From: Nitrospinales bacterium
GTDB taxonomy: Bacteria; Nitrospinota; Nitrospinia; Nitrospinales; VA-1
Direction: 5' to 3'
DNA: 64,000 nucleotides
NCBI GenBank assembly: GCA_965263085.1
Contig: OZ253582.1
Location: 349,848 to 413,847 of the forward strand
In this document: in pieces, positions 48,420 through 58,047 of the stretch
Numbering within the stretch: the stretch's first letter is position 1
Layout of the letters: each line of letters opens with the position of its first letter
Notes under the pieces: generated by a model
Told to the model about the DNA's origin: nothing
Seen by the model: the letters and a program-made list of their open reading frames with translations, nothing else
Databases searched by the model: none
Position numbers and translations under genes: made by a program

Positions 48420-49621
48420 TATGGGATTTGTTTAAAATTGCTCTTAGAAGCCTCGTGACCCACAAACTCAGGACATTTTTAACCGCTCTGGGAATTATTA
48501 TTGGCGTGGCATCAGTGATTTCGATGATCTCTATCGGCGAAGGGACCAGGCGCCATACCCTGAACACGATTTCCAAGTTTGGCACCAACATCATTACTAT
48601 CAAGCCGGGGCAAAAGAAGTCCCGACATGTGGCAACGGGCAAAGTCGACACTCTCACTCTCGATGATGCAAATTTTATCGAAGAAAACACTCCCTTCATC
48701 ACTGGTGTTGCTGCGCAGGTTTATCGGTCCGCCCAACTAAAATTTGAAAATAAGAATATCAACACCACTGTCAGAGGGACAGGAGCCAGCTATGCGCGTT
48801 TAGCCAATTTTAAAATGGACCGCGGACGTTATTTCAATAACGAAGAAATAAGATCTGCGAGAAGAATTTGTGTTGTCGGTTCTACAGCAGTGAAGAATCT
48901 TTTCGGGGGTCGAAATCCACTGGGCAAGACCATCAAGGTGGATGGGAAAAATTTTTTAGTCATCGGCACAACGATGCCAAAAGGTGCATTAAGTTGGTTT
49001 GACCCTGACGACCAGATATTTATTCCGGTCACCACAGCACAGAAACGGGTTTTCGGAATGGATCATGTCCAGTCCATTGATGTGCAGGTTGATCAAATAG
49101 ATGATCTGGAAATAATAAAAGAGGATATCTCCCGCATTCTCAGGCAGAGGCATAATATTTCTGAAGGGAAGGAAGATGACTTTTATGTGCAGAACTCATC
49201 TCAATTGCTGAATAACTGGGGGGATGCAGCCAAAACATTCACATATTTGCTGGGAGGTATTGCTGCAATTTCTCTTATGGTTGGAGGCATTGGCATTATG
49301 AATATCATGCTGGTTTCAGTTACTGAACGCACTCGAGAAATAGGTATCAGAAAGGCTATAGGTGCCAAGAAAAAAGAGATTCTGGAACAATTCCTGATAG
49401 AATCCGTTTTAATCAGTTTCCTAGGTGGCGGCATTGGCATTTTGCTAGGAATCGGAATTTCTCGTATTGTTTCAGATCTTGGAGGTTGGGAGACCATTGT
49501 CTCCACCCAGTCCATTATTCTAGCGTTTGGCTTTTCGGTAGCGATCGGTATTTTTTTTGGTCTGTACCCCGCCAATAAAGCGGCTAACCTGAACCCGATT
49601 GACGCGCTTCGTTACGAGTAG
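48413..49621 (+). CDS. ABC transporter permease (MacB/FtsX-type, separate polypeptide)
   Basis: 402-aa ORF with an N-terminal TM segment, a large periplasmic domain, and a C-terminal FtsX-like 3-TM bundle (ERTREIGIRKAIGA). Confidence 0.85.
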   Translation: MLIWDLFKIALRSLVTHKLRTFLTALGIIIGVASVISMISIGEGTRRHTLNTISKFGTNIITIKPGQKKSRHVATGKVDTLTLDDANFIEENTPFITGVAAQVYRSAQLKFENKNINTTVRGTGASYARLANFKMDRGRYFNNEEIRSARRICVVGSTAVKNLFGGRNPLGKTIKVDGKNFLVIGTTMPKGALSWFDPDDQIFIPVTTAQKRVFGMDHVQSIDVQVDQIDDLEIIKEDISRILRQRHNISEGKEDDFYVQNSSQLLNNWGDAAKTFTYLLGGIAAISLMVGGIGIMNIMLVSVTERTREIGIRKAIGAKKKEILEQFLIESVLISFLGGGIGILLGIGISRIVSDLGGWETIVSTQSIILAFGFSVAIGIFFGLYPANKAANLNPIDALRYE

Positions 49622-49720
49622 CACTGGCGTGGGGCAGGCAAAGAGTTGTCCTGTCTAAGCCAGGTTTTTCCATCTGCCGCTTCCCCATCCTTTCATGCCT
49701 GGCGCTAAAAGATCATAAAT

Positions 49721-51199
49721 ATGAATATCTTGCCCGATAAAAATATATTTATACAATTGGCGGCATCTTCATCGCGCATCCCTGTCTGTGGGCAAGAAAA
49801 AATCCCGAACCTGAACCTTTCCACTTTATTCCAGAAGCTTTTTCCTCAGGCCAAAAATTCCTTCCTGTTCGAAAGCGCAAACGGGCCTGAGGAAACAGCC
49901 CGCTATTCCTTGATGGGAGGGAGCTTTTCAAAAACATTAGAGATTACAGGGCAGCGAGCAAAACTATTTCAGGAAGGTACGCTGGTTTCAGAATGGGATC
50001 AACCGGGCCCTGCCCTTGACCTGTTAAATTTTCAGGAAGACGTGCGTACTACGGATCACCTGCCTCATTTTTGGGGAGGCTGGGTAGGGTTCATCGGCTA
50101 CGAAGCTGGTGCATGGTTTGAATCGTTGCCCGTGAAAAAATCCCCAGAAAGCAATTTTCCAGACTTTATTTTTATGGAAGTGGAACGGTTATTTTTATAT
50201 GACCATGTCACTGAAAAACTCAAATTTATTCTTTCTCCAAAAACAAATGGAACAGGAAACAACTATGATGAACTCGTTCAGGAAATTGAAAAAGTCTGGA
50301 GAGATATTCATCGGGGTTTGGAAACCATAAACGGAAGTTTGGGCTCAGAAAATCCCAACTTCACTTCCCGACCCTCCAATGACCTGAGGTCTAATTTAAA
50401 TGAAGCGGATTATACTGAGCGGGTGGAAAAGGCTAAAAATTATATCCGTGAGGGAGATATTTATCAAGCCAATCTAGCGCAAAAATTCACAACATCATTT
50501 AAAGGCAATCCTTTCGAGCTTTATAGAAAACTCCAACAGATCAATCCTTCTCCCTTTTCAGGGTACCTAAATTTTCAGAGCTTTTCACTGGTCAGTTCAT
50601 CTCCTGAGCGTTTGGTAAAAGTTCATGAACATCGTATTGAGACGCGGCCTATAGCAGGCACCCGGCCTCGTGGGCTGAAAGATGAAGAAGATCAGGTTTT
50701 CTCGTCAGAATTATTGTCGAATCCAAAGGAACGCTCTGAACATTTGATGCTTGTTGATTTGGAACGCAATGATTTAGGGCGCATCTGCCAGACCGGATCA
50801 GTTTGCGTAACGGATTTTATGTTTCTAGAAAAATATTCGCATGTAAGCCATATCGTCTCTAATATAGCGGGAAATCTTAAACCTTCTATGGGTGTTTACG
50901 ATATTTTGAAATCTGTCTTTCCTGGCGGGACCATCACAGGTTGTCCCAAGATCCGTTGCATGGAAATCATTGCTGAGTTGGAGCCGGTTCTAAGGGGTCC
51001 TTATTCCGGCTCATTTGGTTATATCGGTTTCGCCCCTTATATGGACTTAAACATCATCATTCGTTCTATCGTGATTTGCGATGAGATAGCCAGTTTCCAT
51101 GTAGGAGCAGGTATTGTGGCTGATTCCAACCCGCAAAAAGAGTATCAGGAAACCTTGGACAAGGCTGCGGCAATGATACAAGCTCTATCACACCATTAG
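49721..51199 (+). CDS. pabB: aminodeoxychorismate synthase component I (chorismate-binding enzyme family)
   Basis: 492-aa ORF with INPSPFSGYLNF and GGTITGCPKIRCMEII. I call it PabB rather than TrpE because a class-IV aminotransferase/ADC-lyase-like gene follows. Confidence 0.7.
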   Translation: MNILPDKNIFIQLAASSSRIPVCGQEKIPNLNLSTLFQKLFPQAKNSFLFESANGPEETARYSLMGGSFSKTLEITGQRAKLFQEGTLVSEWDQPGPALDLLNFQEDVRTTDHLPHFWGGWVGFIGYEAGAWFESLPVKKSPESNFPDFIFMEVERLFLYDHVTEKLKFILSPKTNGTGNNYDELVQEIEKVWRDIHRGLETINGSLGSENPNFTSRPSNDLRSNLNEADYTERVEKAKNYIREGDIYQANLAQKFTTSFKGNPFELYRKLQQINPSPFSGYLNFQSFSLVSSSPERLVKVHEHRIETRPIAGTRPRGLKDEEDQVFSSELLSNPKERSEHLMLVDLERNDLGRICQTGSVCVTDFMFLEKYSHVSHIVSNIAGNLKPSMGVYDILKSVFPGGTITGCPKIRCMEIIAELEPVLRGPYSGSFGYIGFAPYMDLNIIIRSIVICDEIASFHVGAGIVADSNPQKEYQETLDKAAAMIQALSHH

Positions 51200-51344
51200 C
51201 CGCGAAAGCTATGAGCAAGAATTTATTAAGCTGAGAGCATCGTTGCTAACAGTATATGATATTCTTCCTAAGTATTTTGACCCGCAGGGATAAAAAGCTA
51301 TTGCAAGTCATCAGCGGAGGTCCTCTGCAAATTGAGAGAGGTAA

Positions 51345-52211
51345 ATGCAAAGTTCGATTGTTTATATAAACGGATTGTTCACTTATCTTGAAAAAGCAAA
51401 GGTTTCCATATTAGACCGGGGCTTTTGTTACGGGGACGGCCTATTTGAAACTATGCGTGCCTGCAAGGGAAAGATCTTCAGGCCAGACCACCATTTAGAA
51501 AGATTATTCCGATCCTTACCATTAATTTTCATTGATTTACCTATGACGCGGCAAGAGGTCAAGGCTGTGGTGCAGGAAACTCTCAACCGCAACAAGTATA
51601 AAAACGCTATTATTCGTTTGACTGTCACCCGTGGCATCAATGAGCAAAACTTTCAGATAGACCCGGAAGCTCCCCCTACTTTTGTGGTTTATGTCAGACC
51701 GCACCAGTCCTTGTCAAAAACGATTTATCGCAAAGGGGTTCAGGTTACCCTGCTGAGCATGAAAGCGCCCTCCTTACCTGGGATGAAAAAGAGCCTCAAG
51801 ACCTGCAACTTTCTTTCCAATATTCTGGTCCGTGAAATTTCCCAGCGTCAAGGTAGTATGGAAGGGATTATTGTCGACCCTATTCTGGGTGTGACTGAAG
51901 GGGCGGCTAGCAATCTGTTTATTGTGAAAGACGGGGTGCTTAAAACTCCGGCCGTCAATAGTAGTGTGCTTGAAGGAATCACCCGCCGGGTTGTCCTTGA
52001 GATCGCCGTAAATCATAAAATTCCTATTGAAGAAGGCTTGTTACTGGCAGAAGATGTTCTGACTGCTGACGAGATGTTCATCACCAATTCCGGGATTGAT
52101 ATCGTTCCTGTCATTCGTGTGAACGATACTTTTATTGGCAACAAAAAACCGGGAACCTTGACCTGTTTTTTACAGGATGAATTCTTAAAATGCGTTGAAG
52201 AAGTCTGTTAA
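51345..52211 (+). CDS. pabC: aminotransferase class IV (aminodeoxychorismate lyase-like)
   Basis: 288-aa ORF with RGFCYGDGLFETMR and the EGAASNLF motif. It sits next to the pabB-like gene. Confidence 0.65.
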   Translation: MQSSIVYINGLFTYLEKAKVSILDRGFCYGDGLFETMRACKGKIFRPDHHLERLFRSLPLIFIDLPMTRQEVKAVVQETLNRNKYKNAIIRLTVTRGINEQNFQIDPEAPPTFVVYVRPHQSLSKTIYRKGVQVTLLSMKAPSLPGMKKSLKTCNFLSNILVREISQRQGSMEGIIVDPILGVTEGAASNLFIVKDGVLKTPAVNSSVLEGITRRVVLEIAVNHKIPIEEGLLLAEDVLTADEMFITNSGIDIVPVIRVNDTFIGNKKPGTLTCFLQDEFLKCVEEVC

Positions 52212-52250
52212 ACATGATAGTTTTCCCATTTCTTTTCTTTCGGATATACT

Positions 52251-52679
52251 ATGAGTGAGCAAAGTCGGTTTCATGACAACCCTTCTGGGATAATTACCGA
52301 CACTAAATATAATAAGCATTGGTTGCCCAAAGACTCGTGGGGAGACTTAGGCCAATGGAGAACTTTTGAAGAGGCACTGGCCTATACCCGGTTGATGAAT
52401 CAGGTCTATGCAGGAGGATTCAGCGATTGGAGGCTTCCAATGAAAGAAGAGGCTGAAAATTTTTACGATGCGGATTTGAACCAAATAGGCTGGGAGGAAG
52501 AGATCGTCCATATCCATCCATTATTTGTCACTAAATGCGCCAATTTCATGTGGATTAAAGAAACCAATGATAGTCAGAAAGCAGGTCAGATCGACCTGAG
52601 AACTGGCGAGGTGAAATTTATTGACCGCAATACCCGTGAAAATCAGTCGGCAAGGCTGGTACGGGATATTAAGCCATAG
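52251..52679 (+). CDS. DUF1566 (Lcl C-terminal domain)-like protein
   Basis: 142-aa ORF with WLPKDSWGDLGQWRTFEEALAYTRLMNQVYAGGFSDWRLPMKEEAE. It is a paralog of 37715-38140. Confidence 0.55.
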   Translation: MSEQSRFHDNPSGIITDTKYNKHWLPKDSWGDLGQWRTFEEALAYTRLMNQVYAGGFSDWRLPMKEEAENFYDADLNQIGWEEEIVHIHPLFVTKCANFMWIKETNDSQKAGQIDLRTGEVKFIDRNTRENQSARLVRDIKP

Positions 52680-52700
52680 AACTCAGGGCCTGTGGAATTG

Positions 52701-53114
52701 CTAGTGACCCCAGATTTTATCCCAGAATTCCTTGGAATTCATTTTCTCGTATTGCCCTGTTCTGTAAGCTTCCCCTGAAATTGATTTTTCTTCAATCCCA
52801 TCATGGTCAGACCTAACAATAAGGACATCTGCATGTTTGGTGCGGGTGAAACCATTGAATAGCGTTCCAGAAAGGGTGGATTCAAGATCAAGGGGGAATT
52901 TCCGAGCATATCTGATTGCTCGGCACGGTTCATTTAGATCAACACATAAAATATTTCCATCCACCCAGTACTCAATATTTTGATCTTTTTCTTTTCCCGT
53001 AGCGAATATTTTATTTCCTGTTCGCACGGCATGGATTGGTTGGGTGAATCCCTTGCACCAGACTTTTCCTGAATCCTCAATATCTCCCATAAACATCACT
53101 AGGCATGGAGCCAA
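52701..53114 (-). CDS. hypothetical protein
   Basis: 137-aa ORF. No motif recognised. Confidence 0.4.
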   Translation of the reverse strand: MAPCLVMFMGDIEDSGKVWCKGFTQPIHAVRTGNKIFATGKEKDQNIEYWVDGNILCVDLNEPCRAIRYARKFPLDLESTLSGTLFNGFTRTKHADVLIVRSDHDGIEEKSISGEAYRTGQYEKMNSKEFWDKIWGH

Positions 53115-53262
53115 TGAGCAATAAGCTTCAATTGGCCAGTAAAACGCTGTTCCTGACTCAACGAGTCATTGTTATCTGCCCCCTACTAAGGGGTTTTGAC
53201 TTGCGGCTCAATTTATACCATAATTTTGTAATGATGATCCTCCCAACAAGGTTTAAAATTTC

Positions 53263-54399
53263 TTGAGCGAACATTTTTTCAACCGCCTTGAAGATGAGTT
53301 AAATTCCAGTCGGGATAAACATCTACTCAGGGAGGTTCGGCTGTACCCTGAATGCCGGATCAACTTATGCTCCAATGATTATTTCCAATTGCGACACGAC
53401 CCGCGAGTTATAGCAGGTGCTAAGGAAACCTGCGAAAAATATGGAACGGGGAGTGGCGCCTCTCCCCTACTCTCTGGTTTTCTTCCCTGCCATCAGAGCT
53501 TGCTCGACGAACTTAAAAAATGGAAACAAAAATCTTGCGGACTGCTATTCAATGCCGGCTTTCTGGCCAATCAGGCAGTTCTCAAGCATTTACCCGGCAA
53601 AAATGATCTTGTTCTCGCAGATAAACTAATCCATCACTCCATGGCTCAAGCTGTCACACAAGGTTTAGCACAGTTCAAGCGTTACCATCATCTGGATTTG
53701 AACCACCTTCATAAGTTACTAGATACCCATTTTGAGAAATATGAAACGGTTTTTGTGGTTACGGAAAGTGTTTTCAGCATGGATGGGGATTATCCGGATT
53801 TGAAAAAACTGGTTGAATTGAAAAAACGCTACCCTTTTATACTAATTTTGGATGAGGCCCACGGGACTGGTGTGTTTGGTGAAACGGGTGCGGGGCTTGC
53901 GGAGGAAATGCAGGTGCAGGATCAAGTGGATATTGTTATCGGCACATTGGGAAAATCATTGGCCAGTATGGGCGCGTATGTTCTTTCAAATTCATCAACT
54001 GTTATAGATTTTCTGACTAACAGGGCAGGAGAATTTATTTATTCCACATTTTTATCTCCTCCACAGGTGGGCTCCGCTGAAATCGCTCTAAAAATATTAC
54101 AATCTGCAGGGGCCGAGCGAAAGCACCTTCAGGGAATTTCCATAAATTTCAAAAATACCCTGAAACTGAGGAAACAGGAGGGAGTCTCCTCACCCATTGT
54201 TTCAATGGTAATCGGAGACCCGGTTAAGACACTCGAACTGAGGGACTCTCTTCTGCAACAGGGAATTATGGTGGGTGCAATCCGACCACCGACTGTTCCA
54301 CCTCAAACTTCGCGACTGAGAATCTCCCTGCATACGGGAATCACCCTGCAAACCTTGGAAAAATTGGAGGGAATACTGAGACCATGGATAACACCATAA
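53263..54399 (+). CDS. bioF: 8-amino-7-oxononanoate synthase
   Basis: 378-aa ORF (TTG start) with SVFSMDGD, LDEAHGTGVFG and the PLP-lysine motif GTLGKSLAS. Confidence 0.85.
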   Translation: MSEHFFNRLEDELNSSRDKHLLREVRLYPECRINLCSNDYFQLRHDPRVIAGAKETCEKYGTGSGASPLLSGFLPCHQSLLDELKKWKQKSCGLLFNAGFLANQAVLKHLPGKNDLVLADKLIHHSMAQAVTQGLAQFKRYHHLDLNHLHKLLDTHFEKYETVFVVTESVFSMDGDYPDLKKLVELKKRYPFILILDEAHGTGVFGETGAGLAEEMQVQDQVDIVIGTLGKSLASMGAYVLSNSSTVIDFLTNRAGEFIYSTFLSPPQVGSAEIALKILQSAGAERKHLQGISINFKNTLKLRKQEGVSSPIVSMVIGDPVKTLELRDSLLQQGIMVGAIRPPTVPPQTSRLRISLHTGITLQTLEKLEGILRPWITP

Positions 54400-55037
54400 C
54401 AGCTGTTTCCGGGTGGGGACTCCCATCAAAATGGTTTGCGGACGAAGTCGCTCGTGCTTTTCCTAGCTCGCGGGTTCAAATAATTTATCCGGAGACTCCA
54501 GAAAGGCTTGAAGAAGCAAAAGTATTATTATACCGATACCCTGCCGATCTCTATATAGGTTATTCTCTTGGAAGCCTATGGTTGCTGAAATATAAACATT
54601 TATTGCCTGATACCTGTATAAAGGCCCTGCTGGCCCCTATTTTATCATTCTTGAAAAAGGATGGATTGGGAGGCACCACAGCAGAAATACAATTGAAATA
54701 CCTATCCAGAAGTTTAAGACAAGATTTGGGCTACTCTGTAGCTATAAAGAATTTTCTTTTATATTGTGATCTGCCATTTCCAGAAGAAATGATTGATGAG
54801 ATTCCTGATAGAGAAGTCTTACTAAGAGGTTTGGAATTCCTGTTGAGATGTCAGGAAAAAGGAGAAAATGCTAAAAATTTTTTGTCCATCGTAGGAGAAA
54901 ATGATATTTTTATTGATGCAAGCATACTAAGAGAACATATCCCTGACTTGGATATTATTCAAGGTGTTGGACATGCTCCAGACAACCTGCTAAAGCATCT
55001 GGCAAGGCGATTAAATTTGAAAGCCCATAATTCATGA
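54384..55037 (+). CDS. short alpha/beta hydrolase, probable pimeloyl-ACP methyl ester esterase (BioH/BioG-type)
   Basis: 217-aa ORF with SGWG, the nucleophile elbow GYSLGS and late GVGHAP. It sits between bioF and bioC and overlaps bioF by 16 nt. Confidence 0.55.
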   Translation: MDNTITAVSGWGLPSKWFADEVARAFPSSRVQIIYPETPERLEEAKVLLYRYPADLYIGYSLGSLWLLKYKHLLPDTCIKALLAPILSFLKKDGLGGTTAEIQLKYLSRSLRQDLGYSVAIKNFLLYCDLPFPEEMIDEIPDREVLLRGLEFLLRCQEKGENAKNFLSIVGENDIFIDASILREHIPDLDIIQGVGHAPDNLLKHLARRLNLKAHNS

Positions 55038-55248
55038 AAATATTTAGCATAAATTTTAATCATTTGCCCAGCCAGAAAAAACCAATCACTATCGCTATTT
55101 GTGAGTTTAAGAAAAACCGTGGAAGTGTTACCATCACAAGCATGGAAGGTCAACTCTTATCATAAAAACGCTTGTCAAAGTTGTACCTAAAGCCACTCTT
55201 CGCTGACGGGCCAGTGATCGGTAATATCCTGTTTCTTTCCATTTTAAT

Positions 55249-56070
55249 TTGTCAATCTTTCAACGTATTCCGCATCAGAACTTAGTCTTAAAAACTAGGA
55301 AGTGCTCTTTGAATACCCAGAGTTTATTAAATGAAGAAAGTTTAATCGATAGCTTTTCCAAACATGCAAAAACATACGACCGTTATGCACAACTGCAGAA
55401 ATCAATGGCGGAGAGGCTGGCCTCTCTCCTTCCCACACCACTACCCGACAGGGTACTTGAGATAGGCTGTGGAACAGGGCTTTTCACGAGGCATTTACTA
55501 ACACAACCGGCAAAACAACTGGTTCTCAACGATATTGCTCCAGGAATGCTGGAAATATTGAGCAACTCTCTTACGCTACCAAAAAATATAAAAATATGCT
55601 CTGGAAATGCAGAGCGGATTCATTTTGAAAATACGGACTTGATTTGCGCTAATGCTGTATTTCAATGGTTTCAAAGCCCACAAGAAACATTGGAAAAATT
55701 GAATCAGGCTTTAACAATCAATGGACGGTTGATCTTTAGCGCTTTTGGTCCCCAAACACTTATCGAATTCAGGCAGGCCGCAAATTTAGAGAGCCCTATT
55801 GACCTTTACAAAAAAGAAACCTGGGCCAGAATGGTTCGTGATTCAGGATTTGCTATCAAAACCTGTGATGTGGAAATTCGAAAAATATTTTTTTCCAGTT
55901 CCATGACACTTCTAAAAAACCTGCAACAAATTGGTGCAGCGCCAATCCGAATGGTGAAGACCGGAGGACTTAGAAAGTTAATGCGTGACTACGATTCGAA
56001 GTTTTCAACAACGCAAGGTGTGTATGCGACCTGGGAGTTGTTTTATTTTTCTTTAATTCATAAAATTTGA
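55249..56070 (+). CDS. bioC: malonyl-ACP O-methyltransferase
   Basis: 273-aa ORF with FSKHAKTYDRYAQLQ and the SAM motif VLEIGCGTGLFT. The start codon is uncertain (a TTG in the track). Confidence 0.75.
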   Translation: MSIFQRIPHQNLVLKTRKCSLNTQSLLNEESLIDSFSKHAKTYDRYAQLQKSMAERLASLLPTPLPDRVLEIGCGTGLFTRHLLTQPAKQLVLNDIAPGMLEILSNSLTLPKNIKICSGNAERIHFENTDLICANAVFQWFQSPQETLEKLNQALTINGRLIFSAFGPQTLIEFRQAANLESPIDLYKKETWARMVRDSGFAIKTCDVEIRKIFFSSSMTLLKNLQQIGAAPIRMVKTGGLRKLMRDYDSKFSTTQGVYATWELFYFSLIHKI

Positions 56071-56224
56071 CAGATATCGCCTCTGTCTCCTCAAAAGAAA
56101 GAGATTCCTCTTAATATGAGATTATTTTTCACTGCACTTTTCATCGCCTGACGTTATATAATAATTTATAATTAATCTGGTAATAGGCTATCTAGCTACT
56201 CCTTATTTATCAAGCTATTAGGAT

Positions 56225-57109
56225 ATGAAAAACTACTATTCGATTTTGGGTGTTTCCAAAGGCGCTTCTGACGACGAAATTAAAAAGGCCTATCGTAAGC
56301 TAGCCATGCAATATCACCCCGACCGTAACGCAGGGGATAGCAGTGCGGAAGAAAAATTTAAAGAAGTCAGCGAGGCCTATGCGGTTTTAGGAGACAAAAA
56401 GAAGCGAAGCCAATACGACCAGTTTGGCTCTAAGGGTTTTCAACAGAAGTTTTCTCAAGAAGATATTTTTCGTGACTTTGATATTAATGAGGTCCTTAGA
56501 GGCTTTGGCTTTGGTGGAAAAAATCCCTTTCAGAATCAAGGAAGTGGCTTTAGTAATCCATTTCCCCAAGAACGATCCTCACAACGCGAACCTCAGATTC
56601 CTCCGCTGAAGACGGAGCTCTCAGTCAATTTTGAGGAAGCGGCATTGGGTTCTCAGCGTACTATTTCTATTGCTAGAAATGGAGTTCATGAAGAAACCAA
56701 TGTAAAAATTCCATCCGGAATAACACATGGAAAAGTTCTACGGTTACGAGGTAAGGGCCATACGGCCTCTACCGGGAATCGGCGTGGTGATCTGCATCTC
56801 CGTATCAATGCACTTTCACATCCTTTTTTTCGGAGAGAGGGCCAGGATGTGGTGGTGGATGCCGAAATAAAATTAACCCAAGCGCTTTTAGGGGCGACAA
56901 TTGAGGTTGAAACTTTGAATGGCATCAAATCTGTTAAAATTCCTCCCGGGACTCAAAATAATACTAAGCTGAAATTGAAAGGAGTCGGAATCCGATTTCC
57001 ATCTGGAGTTCGTGGCGATCAGTTGGTACGGGTTGTCATTAAAATCCCCAAGAAACTGACCCATGAGCAAATTCCACATATTCGGTTTTTACAGGACACT
57101 GGTATCTGA
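56225..57109 (+). CDS. J-domain co-chaperone, CbpA-like (no zinc-finger region)
   Basis: 294-aa ORF with the J domain (YYSILGV...YHPDRN), a G/F-rich linker and DnaJ C-terminal domains. It lacks CxxCxGxG repeats. Confidence 0.8.
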   Translation: MKNYYSILGVSKGASDDEIKKAYRKLAMQYHPDRNAGDSSAEEKFKEVSEAYAVLGDKKKRSQYDQFGSKGFQQKFSQEDIFRDFDINEVLRGFGFGGKNPFQNQGSGFSNPFPQERSSQREPQIPPLKTELSVNFEEAALGSQRTISIARNGVHEETNVKIPSGITHGKVLRLRGKGHTASTGNRRGDLHLRINALSHPFFRREGQDVVVDAEIKLTQALLGATIEVETLNGIKSVKIPPGTQNNTKLKLKGVGIRFPSGVRGDQLVRVVIKIPKKLTHEQIPHIRFLQDTGI

Positions 57110-57183
57110 CAGGCAGAAAAATCATTTTTATTATAAACCGACAAGCCCTGTAAAGGTTTCCAGACATCTTTTAAACAATTACT

Positions 57184-57492
57184 TTGGAGTCACTTGTGGC
57201 GCGTGTTCATTTTAAAACAGACGACATAACCCATGAAGTAGAAGATGGGACCCCTCTCATAGACTTTTGTGATGAAGTGGAGGTTTCACTATCTTTCGGT
57301 TGTACAGAAGGGACCTGCGGAGTTTGCGAAGTTACAGTGGTCGAGGGAAGGAAAAATGTATCTCGGATAACGGAAGAGGAGAAAGACTATTTACTGCCGG
57401 AGGATCTGGAAGAAGGAATGCGCCTAGGCTGCCAGGTCAAAATCCGTAAAGGAGACGTGACATTGAGTTGGAAAAAAGTGAAAGCAAAATAA
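57184..57492 (+). CDS. [2Fe-2S] ferredoxin
   Basis: 102-aa ORF with the Cys pattern GCTEGTCGVCE (Cx4Cx2C) plus a distal LGCQ. Confidence 0.7.
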   Translation: MESLVARVHFKTDDITHEVEDGTPLIDFCDEVEVSLSFGCTEGTCGVCEVTVVEGRKNVSRITEEEKDYLLPEDLEEGMRLGCQVKIRKGDVTLSWKKVKAK

Positions 57493-57929
57493 CAGGGGTC
57501 TACAAACCACTATCTTTAATTTCATCTCCAACTCTTTTTATAATCGATTCCTCGATTTCCTTACAGGAATTAGCCGAAATGTAAGGGCTTGCAGACAAGA
57601 AAAAATTAACGCCCAAAACTGAAGAAACGGGACTATAGAAGATGGCTATACAAAAAGCAATATCAGTCAATGGTGATGTGCTACGTTGGGCGCGCGAGAC
57701 CGCGGGTCTTTCAGATCCTGAAAATCGAGTTTTTTTGTGATTTTTTTAAAAAAATCTCCGCTTGTATACATTTCTTAGCTTCATTCTTTAGTATATAGGA
57801 GATAAAAATGGAATAAATAGACAGCCATGGTCATTGATTTTAATTGATAAACCGTTAATAAGAGGAGAAACTGCGTATGCAGCTTGACTTACTACTTGGA
57901 GTTTCCTATAGTCTAGATATTACGCTCTT

Positions 57930-57958
57930 TAAGATAGTCCCGTGAGACTATCAAGGGA
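57930..57958 (+). promoter_or_regulatory. PyrR-binding RNA hairpin (pyr attenuator anti-antiterminator)
   Basis: A perfect 7-bp stem, GATAGTC...GACTATC (57933-57952). The RNA would read AGUCCCGUGAGACUAUCAAGGG, against the Bacillus-type binding-loop pattern AGUCCAGAGAGGCU...AAGG as I recall it. Confidence 0.6.
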
Positions 57959-57991
57959 AAAGCTATGGTTGCCTTAAAAAATACCTTATTC

Positions 57992-58032
57992 ACCTCCTGC
58001 TTCGGCTTTTAGCCTTTGGGAGGTCTTTTTTT
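57992..58032 (+). terminator. intrinsic terminator (attenuator) in the pyrR leader
   Basis: ACCTCC (57992-57997) pairs with GGAGGT (58019-58024), with an inner GGCT/AGCC pairing. It is followed by C and T7 (58026-58032), 15 nt before the pyrR ATG. Confidence 0.65.
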
Positions 58033-58047
58033 GCCTGTTTTCCACTT

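Noticed and set aside
53115-53262. I looked for a BirA operator palindrome (TGTAAACC-type) upstream of bioF, and for riboswitch-like leaders upstream of pabB, glyA and the transketolase genes.
   Set aside because: I found no convincing inverted repeat or conserved riboswitch core by eye.
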